This document shows, piece by piece, positions 9,129 to 19,648 of a stretch of 64,000 nucleotides of DNA. A program made the position numbers and the translations under genes. A model generated the notes under the pieces. It was not told where the DNA came from. It made no database searches and saw only the letters and a list, made by a program, of their open reading frames with translations. Origin of the DNA: a bacterium (GTDB lineage Bacteria; Chloroflexota; Dormibacteria; Aeolococcales; Aeolococcaceae); assembly GCA_014874355.1 (NCBI GenBank), contig JACWAJ010000066.1, forward strand, positions 12,417 through 76,416, in the 5' to 3' direction. Numbering within the stretch: the first letter of the stretch is position 1; every line of letters begins with the position of its first letter.

Positions 9129-10508
9129 GTGAAAAGCCCCCGTCAGCCGGCCACTCCACGAGAGCGCCGGCCCACCACGGCGGCACTCCGCCAACACGCA
9201 GCCGCCGCCGTCAGCCGGGCCCGGCCGCGGCGTAAGCCCGGCCCCCGGCCCCGGCGTTTTAGCCGGATCTGGCGGTATCTGGCAGTCATCGGACCCGGCA
9301 TCATCGTCGCCAACGCCGGTAACGACGCCGGCGGGATCTTCACCTACAGCAACATCGGCGCCAAGTACGGCAACCTGCTGCTCTGGGCCTTCATCCCCAT
9401 CCTGCTGTGTCTCATCGTCACCCAGGAAATGGTGGCGCGTCTCGGGTGTGTCACCAACAAAGGGTTGATGGACCTCATCCGCGAACGCTTCGGCGTGCGC
9501 TGGACGCTCTTCGTGGCCGTCGTCGTCATCGTGGCCAATGGCGGAACCACCCTCGCCGAGTTCGCCGGTATCGCCGGGGGTCTCGGCCTGCTCGGCGTGC
9601 CGCGCTGGGTTGCCGTCATGGGGGCGGCGGCACTCATCGGCGTGGTCGTGCTGCGCAGTAATCGCAAACTCGTGGAACGGATCTTCCTGGCCCTGGGTCT
9701 GACGTTTCTCGGCTACATCATCACGGCCATCACAGTGCACCCCGACTGGAATGCCATCGCCCACTCGACTCTGGTGCCCGATCTCGCCCACCCGGGTGTG
9801 GCCACGGGGCCGTTCCTGGTTGACCTGATTGCGCTCGTGGGCACCTCGATCACGCCTTACATGCAACTCTTCCTGCAGTCTTCGACTGTCGACAAGGGTT
9901 CACGCGAGCAGGATCTCGGCCCCGTCCGCGCCGATGTGATCAGCGGCTCGATCTTCGCCATCCTCATTGCGGCCTTCATCGTCATCACCACGGCGGCCAC
10001 TCTGTTTCCGCACGGGCTCGCCGGTGTCGGCGTCGACTCCGCGCAACAGGCCGCCCAAGCCCTGCGGCCACTGGCCGGAAGCCACGCCGAACAACTCTTC
10101 GCCATCGGGCTGGTGGGTGCGTCGTTGCTGGCGGCGGCGATACTCCCTCTGTCGACCGCCTTTGTCGTCTGCGAAGCATTCGGCGCCGAGCGCAGCGTGC
10201 AGTCGAGCTTCGCGGATGCCCCGCTGTTCTTCACCCTGTTCACCGGCCTACTCGTGGTCGGCGCCGGGATCATGCTCATCCCCGGCGTCCCCATCACCGG
10301 CGTCGCCATCGGAACGCAGACGCTCGACGGCATCCTGCTGCCCGTCCTGTTGATCTTCATCATGATCCTGGCCAACGACTCCCATCTGCTCGGTAAACGG
10401 CGCAACGGGCCGATCTACAACGGCAGCGCCGGGACACTCGTCACCGTCCTCATCGGCATGACCGCGGTCCTGCTGGCGGCCACGATGGCCCCTGGCCTCT
10501 TCACCTAA
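9129..10508 (+). CDS. NRAMP-family divalent cation transporter with non-canonical binding-site residues (NRMT-like)
   Basis: TM1 motif GPGIIVANAGNDAGG (DAGG instead of DPGN). TM6 region GTSITPYMQLFLQSS (Met and His of the canonical A-x-x-M-P-H replaced by T/Y). 11-12 TM helices. Confidence 0.85.
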   Translation: MKSPRQPATPRERRPTTAALRQHAAAAVSRARPRRKPGPRPRRFSRIWRYLAVIGPGIIVANAGNDAGGIFTYSNIGAKYGNLLLWAFIPILLCLIVTQEMVARLGCVTNKGLMDLIRERFGVRWTLFVAVVVIVANGGTTLAEFAGIAGGLGLLGVPRWVAVMGAAALIGVVVLRSNRKLVERIFLALGLTFLGYIITAITVHPDWNAIAHSTLVPDLAHPGVATGPFLVDLIALVGTSITPYMQLFLQSSTVDKGSREQDLGPVRADVISGSIFAILIAAFIVITTAATLFPHGLAGVGVDSAQQAAQALRPLAGSHAEQLFAIGLVGASLLAAAILPLSTAFVVCEAFGAERSVQSSFADAPLFFTLFTGLLVVGAGIMLIPGVPITGVAIGTQTLDGILLPVLLIFIMILANDSHLLGKRRNGPIYNGSAGTLVTVLIGMTAVLLAATMAPGLFT

Positions 10509-10510
10509 CG

Positions 10511-10533
10511 GGGGAAGGCGTCCTTCCCCCGGA
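10511..10533 (+). terminator. GC-rich hairpin immediately after the NRAMP stop
   Basis: gggggaagg-cgt-ccttccccc perfect 9-bp stem. Confidence 0.5.
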
Positions 10534-10685
10534 TGCAAAACGCCGGCAAAGCCAGACGTTTTGCTCTGTCCCCCCATCCGCGGCACGCCTCGCGTGCCGG
10601 CTCGCTGCTAAGAGTTCACGGATCGGACCATCTGTTGCAGAATGCTGAACTTACGTCCGCCCTACCGCACGAGGATCTGTACCAG

Positions 10686-11483
10686 ATGACCAGTCGTCTC
10701 ACCCGTTTCGGATTCGCCCTCGGGGCCGGGGCCCTGCTCCTATCCGGCTGCGCCGCAGCTGACAACGGCGTCAAGAATGCCTCCGCGTCAGACATCGTCA
10801 CCAAGGTCAAGGCGGCCATGGTCGCCCAGAAGACTGTCGAGATCACCGGTGACGCTGATCTCTCCGGGAAGCCGGCTCATCTCGACCTCAAAATCGATCT
10901 TGCGAGAGCCACCATCGACGGCAATGTCACCCTCAAAGACGGGGGCAAGATGGCAGTCGTGCTTGTCAACAAGCACCTCTACATGACCATGGACAAAACC
11001 CTCGCAGAGCAGTTCGCCGGTGGGAGCAGTTCCGTGGCTCAGTTACTTTCCGGCAAGTGCATCGACGTTGGAGATGTCACCAACCAGTCCTCGGGCAGCC
11101 CGCTTTCCGGCATTGGCTGGTTTGGCAATCTAGGCACGGGCAACCTCACCGACAGCCTCTTCAAGGACAAGAGTTACACCAAGGGCTCGGTCAAGACCAT
11201 CAACGGAACGGAAGTTCTAGCCTTGACCGACAGCAAAGGTGAGCTCGACATCGCCACCCATGGCGATGCACTTCCCATACAGGCCGTCACGAAGTCGACC
11301 GACAACACGTCACCCGGCAACACCACAATCAGCTTTAGCAACTGGGGCAAGTTAGTCAACGCTTCCGCCCCCAGCGACTGCGTCAGCCTTGAGCAACTCA
11401 TGAGCCAGTTCAGTGGGTCCTCGGGCAGCACGCCCAGTGCCTCGCCCAAGGCGACCATTCCCTCCGAGCTGCCCACCCCGTAA
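10686..11483 (+). CDS. Putative lipoprotein
   Basis: Signal peptide with lipobox LLSGC, then a soluble domain. Start at ATG 10686 inside the longer ORF. Confidence 0.6.
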   Translation: MTSRLTRFGFALGAGALLLSGCAAADNGVKNASASDIVTKVKAAMVAQKTVEITGDADLSGKPAHLDLKIDLARATIDGNVTLKDGGKMAVVLVNKHLYMTMDKTLAEQFAGGSSSVAQLLSGKCIDVGDVTNQSSGSPLSGIGWFGNLGTGNLTDSLFKDKSYTKGSVKTINGTEVLALTDSKGELDIATHGDALPIQAVTKSTDNTSPGNTTISFSNWGKLVNASAPSDCVSLEQLMSQFSGSSGSTPSASPKATIPSELPTP

Positions 11484-11501
11484 CCAGTCCACGCCCCCCT
11501 A

Positions 11502-11538
11502 GCCCGGTCGCGGTTTCGCGGCCGGGCTTTCTTTTTGT
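11502..11538 (+). terminator. Intrinsic terminator (hairpin + T-tract) after the lipoprotein gene
   Basis: gcccggtcgcg-gttt-cgcggccgggc stem followed by tttctttttgtgttt. Confidence 0.6.
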
Positions 11539-11590
11539 GTTTGACTAGCGTTGCCAGATAGGCGTCGCGCCACGTTGGTATCTTGGCGTG

Positions 11591-12448
11591 TCAGTTGCTT
11601 AGAAGTCCTTCCGTGCCAAAACACGCAATCGCAGCGGCAGCGCAGCGCAAGCCCACATCGAGCGCATCGCTGAAGAAGGTGTTGTCGTCGCGCTCGGCAC
11701 GAGCGCAAGCGCCCAGGAAACCGCCCGCCAGCGCATCGCCGGCACCTGTCGGGTCTACCACCACATCGACCAGCGCCGCCGGTTTCTCGACGGTTCCGTC
11801 GTGTGTCACTACAGCCGCTCCGGCAGGACCGGCCTTCACGACCACGGCCCGGAGCCGGTTTCGGCCTAGCAACGAGGTGGCCCCTGAGCGCCAGTCGCCG
11901 GCATGTTCGGGCACCAGCACCGCCAGTTCGGTACGGTTGAGGAAGAGAACGTCCGAGGCCTCCACCACGGCCTCGACCGCACCACGATCCCTCTCGACCC
12001 AACTGGTCATGGAGTCCGATCCGACAAGGTGTGCTCGCGACTGGCGCGCCACACTCAACTGCAAGTGGGGACTCAAACTACCCAGAAACAGTACCGGAGC
12101 GGCGGCGGCCCGCTCGACCAGGACGGGCTGCCACTCGTCGTCGCAACCCGGGGTCGACTCCCCTTCGCGCGCCACCCAGCGATCGTAGTCGTGTACGGCG
12201 TGCCAGTGGAAGGTCGGCGTCTGGCTCACGACCAGGCTGCCGAGATCGATGTTCCGATCGTGCAATAGGTCCCGGAACTCGTCCGCCGCATCGCTGCCGA
12301 CGATGCCACAGAGATTCACGACAGCGTGCCTCGCGGCGGCCAGCGAGAAGTAGACCGCTGAGCCGCCGTGGATGCGCGGGCGGCGCCCATGCGGAGTCGT
12401 GATGTCGTTTAGGTGCAGTGTTCCCGCGACCGACAGCTCCCATGGCAT
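11591..12448 (-). CDS. PfkB-family carbohydrate/nucleoside kinase
   Basis: C-terminal DPTGAGDALAGGF motif and N-terminal GGSAVYFSLAAA. Start chosen at Met of MPWELSV. Confidence 0.7.
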   Translation of the reverse strand: MPWELSVAGTLHLNDITTPHGRRPRIHGGSAVYFSLAAARHAVVNLCGIVGSDAADEFRDLLHDRNIDLGSLVVSQTPTFHWHAVHDYDRWVAREGESTPGCDDEWQPVLVERAAAAPVLFLGSLSPHLQLSVARQSRAHLVGSDSMTSWVERDRGAVEAVVEASDVLFLNRTELAVLVPEHAGDWRSGATSLLGRNRLRAVVVKAGPAGAAVVTHDGTVEKPAALVDVVVDPTGAGDALAGGFLGACARAERDDNTFFSDALDVGLRCAAAAIACFGTEGLLSN

Positions 12449-12497
12449 GGAGCGGGACTGTACCGGCTCTGGCACCGGTCGCGCCGCATCGACGTGG

Positions 12498-12896
12498 CTA
12501 ACTGGCAGCGAAGAGCGGAATGATCGGAGCCGGCCCGTGAGGCGCCTGCTCGACCCTGGCTTCCTGCAAGAGCGGCCCCTGACACATGAACAAGACATCG
12601 GCAACATTGCTTGGCCCGCGATCGGTCCCAAGATCATCGCGTAGCTGCGAGTCCACCAACCCAATGAAGCGTGCCACCTCAATCCAGAGCCGCAGCGGCA
12701 CAAAATCCAGTCCCCGTACCCGGCACTCCTCAACGAGCCTCAGCAGTTCGTCGGAACGCTGCAACCAGGAACGAGCACGCGGTCGGTGATGCCGCCGGAA
12801 CATCGCAGCACGCTCTATATGCGCCAACTCCAAGGTGGTCCGCTCGAGCGGACCACAGGCTTCGCGGGCAGCGGCCGTGTCAATCATCCAGAGCAT
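12498..12896 (-). CDS. Hypothetical protein (weak)
   Basis: 132-aa ORF fitting between two minus-strand genes; no recognisable motif. Confidence 0.25.
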   Translation of the reverse strand: MLWMIDTAAAREACGPLERTTLELAHIERAAMFRRHHRPRARSWLQRSDELLRLVEECRVRGLDFVPLRLWIEVARFIGLVDSQLRDDLGTDRGPSNVADVLFMCQGPLLQEARVEQAPHGPAPIIPLFAAS

Positions 12897-12939
12897 TGTA
12901 ATTGCGCCCAGCTACTGTGAATCGTCCCTGTCGCGCTTG

Positions 12940-13629
12940 TTACCGGAGCCCACCTTCCGGATAGCTGAGAGATCGCCACTTGCCGTCGACACCCACCAGG
13001 TGGACCGTACGCGCAACCACGACATGCTGACGGCCGCTGTCCAGCGTGTACTCGACATCGAGTTCGGCAACGTGCTGGTACGTGGTGCCGGCGTCAGGAT
13101 CGGTCCACTCGCCAAGGTAGCGCACCGCAACCGTCTCGACACCCTGAAGCCGGCGTGGGTTCCCCTCTCGTTGCGCCTGAGCGAAGGCGCTCGCCGAACC
13201 CCACTTGCGCTGGCATTCCGGGCTCAGGAGTTCGAAGGCACGCGTATACCGCTGTGCACGAATGAGTTCCACAAAGACCGCCTCGCTGAAAGCGGGGTTG
13301 GCACGAGGTCGCCCGGCCAGCGGCACCGCAACACCGCACGCATGGCGTTCGAGCAGCATCGCGACCCGACCGTGATGCCCCACCGCCGCAGGGGACTCGG
13401 TCTCAACGAGGGTTGCCGGCGCAGCGGCCCCCCGGGACCAGAAGGTGCGCGTGCGCGGATCGACGAGGTGGGTTCCCTCCCGTTCATCCGTTCCCCGGGT
13501 CTCGTCGCCAGACGGCGCTGCCACCAGGGCGCGCGACCACCGCCAGAAGCAACGCCACAACATCAAGGCCGGCGTCATCCCGAACCGCTTACGCAGATGC
13601 GAGAGCAAAGTCTTGCAGGTTCTGACCAC
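12940..13629 (-). CDS. Hypothetical protein with N-terminal hydrophobic segment
   Basis: 229-aa ORF; start overlaps the stop of the upstream response-regulator gene (ATGA). Confidence 0.4.
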   Translation of the reverse strand: MVRTCKTLLSHLRKRFGMTPALMLWRCFWRWSRALVAAPSGDETRGTDEREGTHLVDPRTRTFWSRGAAAPATLVETESPAAVGHHGRVAMLLERHACGVAVPLAGRPRANPAFSEAVFVELIRAQRYTRAFELLSPECQRKWGSASAFAQAQREGNPRRLQGVETVAVRYLGEWTDPDAGTTYQHVAELDVEYTLDSGRQHVVVARTVHLVGVDGKWRSLSYPEGGLR

Positions 13630-13994
13630 TAGGCCAAGAGTTCCTCGATGACCGCGACGAGGTCGTCGCCGGCCACCGGCTTGGCGAGAGCCGCGGCCGC
13701 TCCGAGTTGAAGGCCACGCTCGCGAACACTAACGCTTTCCGACATGACCACCACGCCGTCACGCGGGTGCTGCTGGGAGAACCGGATGGCCTGCAGAAAC
13801 TCGAGGCCGTCGCTGTCGAGGGAGTTGTCAAGAACCAGGATGTCGGGACGGTACACCTCCGCCTCATGCCGAAGTTCACGCATTGCACCCACCCAATGCA
13901 CCGAGTACCCGGCCAGCTTGAGACAGGCCACAAGCGGCTTGGCGAGGGTGGGGTCATCCTCGGCAAGGAGGACGCGGGCAGGGGTGTCAACCAT
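13629..13994 (-). CDS. Single-domain response regulator (CheY-like receiver only)
   Basis: ARVLLAEDDPTLAKPL...DILVLDNSLDSDGLEFL...AKPV receiver signature. Confidence 0.7.
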   Translation of the reverse strand: MVDTPARVLLAEDDPTLAKPLVACLKLAGYSVHWVGAMRELRHEAEVYRPDILVLDNSLDSDGLEFLQAIRFSQQHPRDGVVVMSESVSVRERGLQLGAAAALAKPVAGDDLVAVIEELLA

Positions 13995-14070
13995 AGGCGT
14001 CCGCGATCCTACCAACACTGTAACCCGGTTCGGGGTTCCCGTGGAGTGTTCGCCTCGCGACAATAGCTGC

Positions 14071-15237
14071 GTGTCCTCCCCTCTGATCTACCTCGACCAT
14101 GCCGCCACCACACCACTCGACCCTGCCGTGCTGGAGGCCATGCTGCCCTTTCTACGCGAAGAGCATGGAAATCCCTCGTCGCCGCACGCCGCCGGCCGCA
14201 CCGCACGCAACGCTGTCGACATCTCACGCGAACGCATAGCCGCGGCCCTGGGTGCCGAGCCTCGCGAGATCGTATTCACCTCAGGGGGCTCCGAAGCCGA
14301 CAACCTCGCCATTCGCGGAGTTCTCGATCGCCGCGACAATGCCGGCTGCCACATCGTGACGACTGCCATCGAGCACGAAGCCGTACTGACAACCTGCGAG
14401 ACGTTGATGGCATTGCGACGGGCGGAGACTGACGTCACCGGCTGCAATGGCGCCGGACGGGTCGACCCCGAGGAGCTGGCCGCGTCCGTCCGCAACGACA
14501 CTGTTCTAGTCTCGGTGATGCTCGCCAACAACGAGGTCGGCACCGTCCAAGACGTCGCCGAAGTCGTGCGACTGGTCCGGCGCCGCAACCCTCGAACTCT
14601 CATCCACAGCGATGCGGTCCAGGCCCTTGGCCGGCTGCCTCTGAATGTGCGCGAGCTGGACGTCGACTTGCTGTCCATGTCGGCGCACAAGGTCTACGGC
14701 CCCAAGGGCGTTGGAGCACTCTACGTCCGCCACGGCACGCTCCTCGGCGCTCAAGTGAGCGGAGGTGGCCAGGAACGCGGACGGCGGAGCGGAACTGAGA
14801 ACGTCGCCGGCATCGTCGGTTTCGGCATTGCCACAGAACTGGCGACGGCACGGCGAGATGTGGAGATGCCACGACAGCGTGAACTGGCACGGCGCCTTGC
14901 CGACATGGTGGTTGCGGCAATTCCCGACATCGTCCTTACAGGCAGTGCTCTGCATCGCCTGGCCAACATCGCCAGCTTCGCCGTCCCCGGAGTCCCCAGC
15001 GAGGTGCTCGTCACCGCCCTCGACGGTGCCGGTATCTGTGCTTCAGGCGGTTCGGCCTGTTCCAGTGGCGCCGCACGGCCATCTCACGTCCTTGCCGCCA
15101 TGGGCATCGCACCCCATGTCACGCGCGGAGCCCTCAGGCTGTCGCTGGGGTCGGCCACTACCCCCGATAACATCGACACTGCGGCAAAGGCCGTGGTCGA
15201 AGCGGTGCTGAGAGCCCGAGCCTCAGCCCGCATCTAA
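14071..15237 (+). CDS. Cysteine desulfurase (NifS/IscS-like, class I)
   Basis: IYLDHAATTP..., SMSAHKVYGPKGVGALYV (PLP Lys), catalytic SGGSACSSG loop. GTG start at 14071. Confidence 0.85.
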   Translation: MSSPLIYLDHAATTPLDPAVLEAMLPFLREEHGNPSSPHAAGRTARNAVDISRERIAAALGAEPREIVFTSGGSEADNLAIRGVLDRRDNAGCHIVTTAIEHEAVLTTCETLMALRRAETDVTGCNGAGRVDPEELAASVRNDTVLVSVMLANNEVGTVQDVAEVVRLVRRRNPRTLIHSDAVQALGRLPLNVRELDVDLLSMSAHKVYGPKGVGALYVRHGTLLGAQVSGGGQERGRRSGTENVAGIVGFGIATELATARRDVEMPRQRELARRLADMVVAAIPDIVLTGSALHRLANIASFAVPGVPSEVLVTALDGAGICASGGSACSSGAARPSHVLAAMGIAPHVTRGALRLSLGSATTPDNIDTAAKAVVEAVLRARASARI

Positions 15238-15308
15238 CCGCTCCCCGTCCGCATCCGACTACAATCATAAGTGTGACAGTCGGAATTATCACCCCCACAT
15301 TCTTTTCG

Positions 15309-15812
15309 ATGCGGGTCAGCGCCCGAGCGCATTACTCGCTGCGGATGATGACCCACTTCGCCAAGACCTACGGGCAAGGTCCCGTCAGCCTCGCAGAGGT
15401 GGCTCGGGTCGAGCATCTCCCACTCGCATACCTGGAGCAACTCGCCGGGCAGTTGCGCCGTGCCGGCCTGCTCGAATCCACCCGCGGCGTCCACGGCGGC
15501 TACTCGCTCAGCCGGGCGCCCGAAGCCGTCACTGTTTTCAACATCCTTGCGATCATCGAGGGCGAGGTCTCTCCGGTGGCGTGTCTGGCCCAGGACTACA
15601 CCGGGAACTGTGTCCGAGACGTCGACTGCGCTTCGCGCGGCCTGTGGCAGCGCATCAAGGCCGGCATCGAGACAGTGCTGCGCACGACGAGCCTTGCCGA
15701 ATTGGTTGGTGACCACTCGCTGCTCCACGATCTCACCCCACTGCCCGAGATGACCCCACTACCGATGGCCGTCGTCACCCCACCGGCTGTTCAGGAGACC
15801 GCCAATGCCTGA
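15309..15812 (+). CDS. Rrf2-family transcriptional regulator with three clustered Cys (Fe-S sensing type)
   Basis: wHTH Rrf2 N-term (MRVSARAHYSLRMMTHFA...) and C-x8-C-x5-C cluster (VACLAQDYTGNCVRDVDC). Confidence 0.8.
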   Translation: MRVSARAHYSLRMMTHFAKTYGQGPVSLAEVARVEHLPLAYLEQLAGQLRRAGLLESTRGVHGGYSLSRAPEAVTVFNILAIIEGEVSPVACLAQDYTGNCVRDVDCASRGLWQRIKAGIETVLRTTSLAELVGDHSLLHDLTPLPEMTPLPMAVVTPPAVQETANA

Positions 15813-16584
15813 CCCTGCCATGCTCCTCGACGTTGCCGGCCTGCACGCCACAATCGACTCGAAGGAGATCCTCAAAGGCGTCGACATGAGGATCCCGCAC
15901 GGCGAGATCCACGCCCTCATGGGCCCCAACGGTTCGGGCAAAAGCACTCTCGCCTACGCCCTCACGGGCCACCCCAAGTACCAGATCACCGCCGGCAGCG
16001 CAACCCTGAAAGGCACCGATCTGCTGCCATTGACCGCCGACCTACGCGCTCAACTCGGCGTGTTCCTGAGTTTCCAACACCCCACAGCCATCCCCGGCGT
16101 CACGATGGTCAACTTCCTGCGCGCAGCCATGCGCTCGCAGGGCAAGGAACTGTCCGCCCGCGAATTTCTCACCCGCCTCACCTACGAGATGGCCGAGTTG
16201 AAGATGGACGAGTCCTTCCGGTCTCGTTATATCAACGACGGCTTCTCCGGTGGCGAGAAGAAACGCGCCGAGATCCTCCAGATGGCGCTGCTGCAACCCC
16301 AACTCGCCATCTTGGACGAACCCGACTCCGGGCTGGACGTCGATGCGCTGCGGATCGTCGCGGACGGTGTCCGGCGCGCAGTTGAGGGGTCCGCGGGGAA
16401 GATGGGTGTGCTTCTCATAACCCACTACAACCGCATTCTCGAGTACCTACGCCCCGACACCGTCCACATCTTCAGCGCCGGTCGCGTCGTGGCATCCGGA
16501 GGCCCTTCTCTGGCCAAGGAAATCGAGGCCATGGGCTACGAGGGTCTGCTCGGGGAGGTGGCGCCCGTATCTGCGAGCGCCTAG
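15805..16584 (+). CDS. sufC: Fe-S cluster assembly ATPase SufC
   Basis: ABC ATPase with Walker A GPNGSGKST, signature FSGGEKKR, D-loop ILDEPDSGLD. Confidence 0.9.
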   Translation: MPDPAMLLDVAGLHATIDSKEILKGVDMRIPHGEIHALMGPNGSGKSTLAYALTGHPKYQITAGSATLKGTDLLPLTADLRAQLGVFLSFQHPTAIPGVTMVNFLRAAMRSQGKELSAREFLTRLTYEMAELKMDESFRSRYINDGFSGGEKKRAEILQMALLQPQLAILDEPDSGLDVDALRIVADGVRRAVEGSAGKMGVLLITHYNRILEYLRPDTVHIFSAGRVVASGGPSLAKEIEAMGYEGLLGEVAPVSASA

Positions 16585-16587
16585 ACC

Positions 16588-17988
16588 ATGGTCACAAAAA
16601 CCGACCCCCTGAGCCGGGACTACAAATACGGCTTCCACGATCAGGACGTCTCTGTCTTCCGCACAGAGAAAGGCCTATCGCGAAAGGTGGTCACCGCCAT
16701 CTCACAGCACAAGGGCGAGCCCGAATGGATGCTGGAATTCCGTCTGAAAGCCCTTGGGCACTTCCCAAAACGCCCCATGCCGGCCTGGGGTGCCGACCTC
16801 TCTGACATCAACTTCGACGACATCTACTACTACGTGAAGCCGGTGGACGAGCAACTGAACTCCTGGGACGACGTTCCGCTGTCCATCAAGAACACCTTCG
16901 ACCGCCTCGGCATCCCCGAGGCCGAGCGCAAGTTCCTGGCCGGCGTCTCAGCACAGTACGACTCCGAGGTCGTCTACCACAGCATCCATGCCGATCTAGA
17001 GAAGCGCGGCGTCATTTTCAGCGACTGCGACACCGGTCTACGTCTGCACTCGGACATCTTCCGCAAGTACTTCGGCACCATCATCCCGCCCAACGACAAT
17101 AAGTTCGCATCGCTCAACAGCGCCGTGTGGTCGGGGGGATCGTTCGTCTACGTCCCCAAGGGCGTGCATGTGGAGATTCCACTGCAGGCCTACTTCCGCA
17201 TCAACAGCGACAACATGGGGCAATTCGAACGGACGCTGATCATTGCCGAAGAAGGCTCGTACGTCCATTACATCGAGGGCTGCACCGCGCCGACCTACTC
17301 CAGCAACGCACTGCATGCGGCAGTCGTAGAAATCATCGCCCACAAGGGCGCGCACGTCCGCTACACCACCATCCAAAACTGGTCCGACAACGTCTACAAC
17401 CTGGTGACCAAGCGAGCGGTCGCATACGAAGATGCCACGGTCGAGTGGATCGACGGGAATTTGGGATCCAAGGTCACCATGAAATATCCGGCGATCTACC
17501 TGATGGGCGAGCGGGCTCACGGAGAGGTTCTGTCGGCGGCATTTGCCAACAGCGGCCAGCACCAGGACGCCGGCTCCAAGTGCATCCACGTGGCGCCTCA
17601 CACCACCAGCAACGTCGTGTCGCGCTCGATCAGCAAGGGGAGTGGCCGCACCTCCTACCGGGGCCACATCAAGGTGCTGCCGGCGGCCTACGACGTCAAG
17701 GTCAATGTGCGATGCGACGCGCTACTCCTCGACGAGGAATCTCAGAGCGACACCTATCCCTACATGGACATTGACAACCCCGACGTCACGATCGGCCACG
17801 AGGCTTCCGTGAGCAAGGTGGGTGAGGACCAACTGTTCTACCTGCGCAGCCGCGGAATCTCCGAACAGGACGCCACCGCACTGATTGTCAACGGGTTCTT
17901 CGAACCCTTCGCCAAAGAACTGCCGATGGAATACGCCGTCGAACTCAACCGCCTGCTGGCCCTCTCCATGGAAGGAGCCGTCGGATGA
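16588..17988 (+). CDS. sufB: Fe-S cluster assembly protein SufB
   Basis: 466-aa SufB-like sequence (YKYGFHD..., C-terminal SufBD domain). Confidence 0.9.
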   Translation: MVTKTDPLSRDYKYGFHDQDVSVFRTEKGLSRKVVTAISQHKGEPEWMLEFRLKALGHFPKRPMPAWGADLSDINFDDIYYYVKPVDEQLNSWDDVPLSIKNTFDRLGIPEAERKFLAGVSAQYDSEVVYHSIHADLEKRGVIFSDCDTGLRLHSDIFRKYFGTIIPPNDNKFASLNSAVWSGGSFVYVPKGVHVEIPLQAYFRINSDNMGQFERTLIIAEEGSYVHYIEGCTAPTYSSNALHAAVVEIIAHKGAHVRYTTIQNWSDNVYNLVTKRAVAYEDATVEWIDGNLGSKVTMKYPAIYLMGERAHGEVLSAAFANSGQHQDAGSKCIHVAPHTTSNVVSRSISKGSGRTSYRGHIKVLPAAYDVKVNVRCDALLLDEESQSDTYPYMDIDNPDVTIGHEASVSKVGEDQLFYLRSRGISEQDATALIVNGFFEPFAKELPMEYAVELNRLLALSMEGAVG

Positions 17989-19328
17989 CGCAAGAGGCGG
18001 TCGTCTCGGGCATCGACTCCGGCGTCGTGGCCACCCGGGCCGGGGCGTCTCCAACATGGCTCGCAAGCCGGCGTCGTGCCGCCTGGGAGGCGTTCTCGAC
18101 ATTGCCCTGGCCGTCTTCTCTGCGTGACGAGGATTGGCGGCGAACCGACATCGCCAAGCTCGACCCACTGCGTTTCGACCCCGATGCCGGAGTGTCGACC
18201 GAACTCGACTCCGTAATCGCCGCGACACATGATGACATCGCCGCTGTCGCCCCCGATGCAGCGGTCATCGTCTGCGACCACACCGGACGGGTTCAACTCC
18301 ACAATTGCGACGCCCTCACAGCGCAGGGCGTCATCGTCTGCTCTCTCAGCGAGGCAGCCACGCGCCACCGAGAACTGGTAGAGCAGGCCTTCGACACGCT
18401 TCCCGCCGGCCAGCAGCCGCTCACGGCACTCTGGAACAGCCTGTGGCGCGACGGCTGCTTTGTTTACGTTCCCCCATCGGTAGCCGCGAACCAGCCCGTC
18501 TGGGTGATCCATGCCGCCGCAGACGATCGCACCGCCACGTTTCCGGCCACATGCTGCGTGCTGGATGCCAACGCCTCGCTGACATTGGTTGAGCTGCACG
18601 TGTCTCCCGCCACCGCGCAAGCGGAACTCCTCAGCGATACCGTGAGCCATGTCGTGCTCAACCGCAACGCGAGGCTGGACTACTGCGTGCTGCAGGATCT
18701 CGGCCAGGGCGTTTGGCACATGGCAACGCATCGCGTCAGCCTCGAGGCCGATGCACACCTGCACTTCTTTGGCGCCACGCTCGGATCGAAATTGCAAAAG
18801 GCGTACTGGGAAGCACTGCTCAACGGCAATGGCGCAGAGGCTCACCTTGCGGGGATAGCGCTTGCCGGCGACCGTCAACATCTCGACCACCAGTCGCTCC
18901 AGGCCCATAAGGGCACCGATACGACCTCACGGCTGCTGCTCAAGACTGCCGTGCGGGATCACGCGCGTTCGGTCTACGACGGTCTCATCGATGTCGGTCG
19001 GACCGCGCAGCGCACCGATGCCTATGTCCAGAACCGCAACCTGATTCTGAGCCCAGACGCCAAGGCCGACTCCATCCCCAGACTGGAAATTCGTGCCCAC
19101 GATGTCCGCTGCGGGCACGGCGCTGCTGCCGGACCAGTCGACGACGAGCAACGCTTCTACCTCATGGCCCGCGGCATCCCGGCCGAGATAGCCGATCGCA
19201 TCATCGTGCGCGGCTTCTTCGAAGACGCCTTGGGACAAGCGCCCTGCCCCGAATTCGCCGCGCTGCTCGGGCCTTTGCTCGATCGCCGGCTGGACCGGAT
19301 TTTGCACATTGGCAGGCAAGAGTCGTGA
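17985..19328 (+). CDS. sufD: Fe-S cluster assembly protein SufD
   Basis: SufBD-family C-terminal domain; 4-nt overlap with sufB. Confidence 0.85.
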   Translation: MTQEAVVSGIDSGVVATRAGASPTWLASRRRAAWEAFSTLPWPSSLRDEDWRRTDIAKLDPLRFDPDAGVSTELDSVIAATHDDIAAVAPDAAVIVCDHTGRVQLHNCDALTAQGVIVCSLSEAATRHRELVEQAFDTLPAGQQPLTALWNSLWRDGCFVYVPPSVAANQPVWVIHAAADDRTATFPATCCVLDANASLTLVELHVSPATAQAELLSDTVSHVVLNRNARLDYCVLQDLGQGVWHMATHRVSLEADAHLHFFGATLGSKLQKAYWEALLNGNGAEAHLAGIALAGDRQHLDHQSLQAHKGTDTTSRLLLKTAVRDHARSVYDGLIDVGRTAQRTDAYVQNRNLILSPDAKADSIPRLEIRAHDVRCGHGAAAGPVDDEQRFYLMARGIPAEIADRIIVRGFFEDALGQAPCPEFAALLGPLLDRRLDRILHIGRQES

Positions 19329-19648
19329 GCGAATGGCACACCGTCGCCGCCGCCACCGACATCCTGCCCGGCCAGGCGGCTCGGGTGGATATAGGTGACG
19401 TTGCCATTGCCGTGTTCAATGTCGAAGGCGACTTCTACTGCCTTGACGACACCTGTAGCCATGCCCAGGCGTCGCTTGTCGAGGGCGACATAGATGTTCA
19501 CCGCCGGGCAATCGAATGTCCTTTGCACGGCTCGGCGTTTGACCTGCGCACCGGAGCCGTCATGTCGTTGCCGGCGGTAGGGCCCGTACGGGCTCACAGC
19601 ATCAAGGTCGTTGACGGTGAATTGCGCGTGAAGCTCACCCATGATTGA
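19325..19648 (+). CDS. Rieske [2Fe-2S] domain ferredoxin-like protein
   Basis: CSH...(17)...CPLHG Rieske ligands. Confidence 0.8.
   Translation: MSEWHTVAAATDILPGQAARVDIGDVAIAVFNVEGDFYCLDDTCSHAQASLVEGDIDVHRRAIECPLHGSAFDLRTGAVMSLPAVGPVRAHSIKVVDGELRVKLTHD

Noticed and set aside
8685-9866. 393-aa ORF on the minus strand
   Set aside because: Low-complexity G/H/D/R-rich translation, entirely antisense to the MgtE-N/CBS and NRAMP genes. Typical high-GC shadow ORF.
17838-18908. 356-aa minus-strand ORF
   Set aside because: Antisense to sufB/sufD with no motifs. sufD on the plus strand is clearly real.
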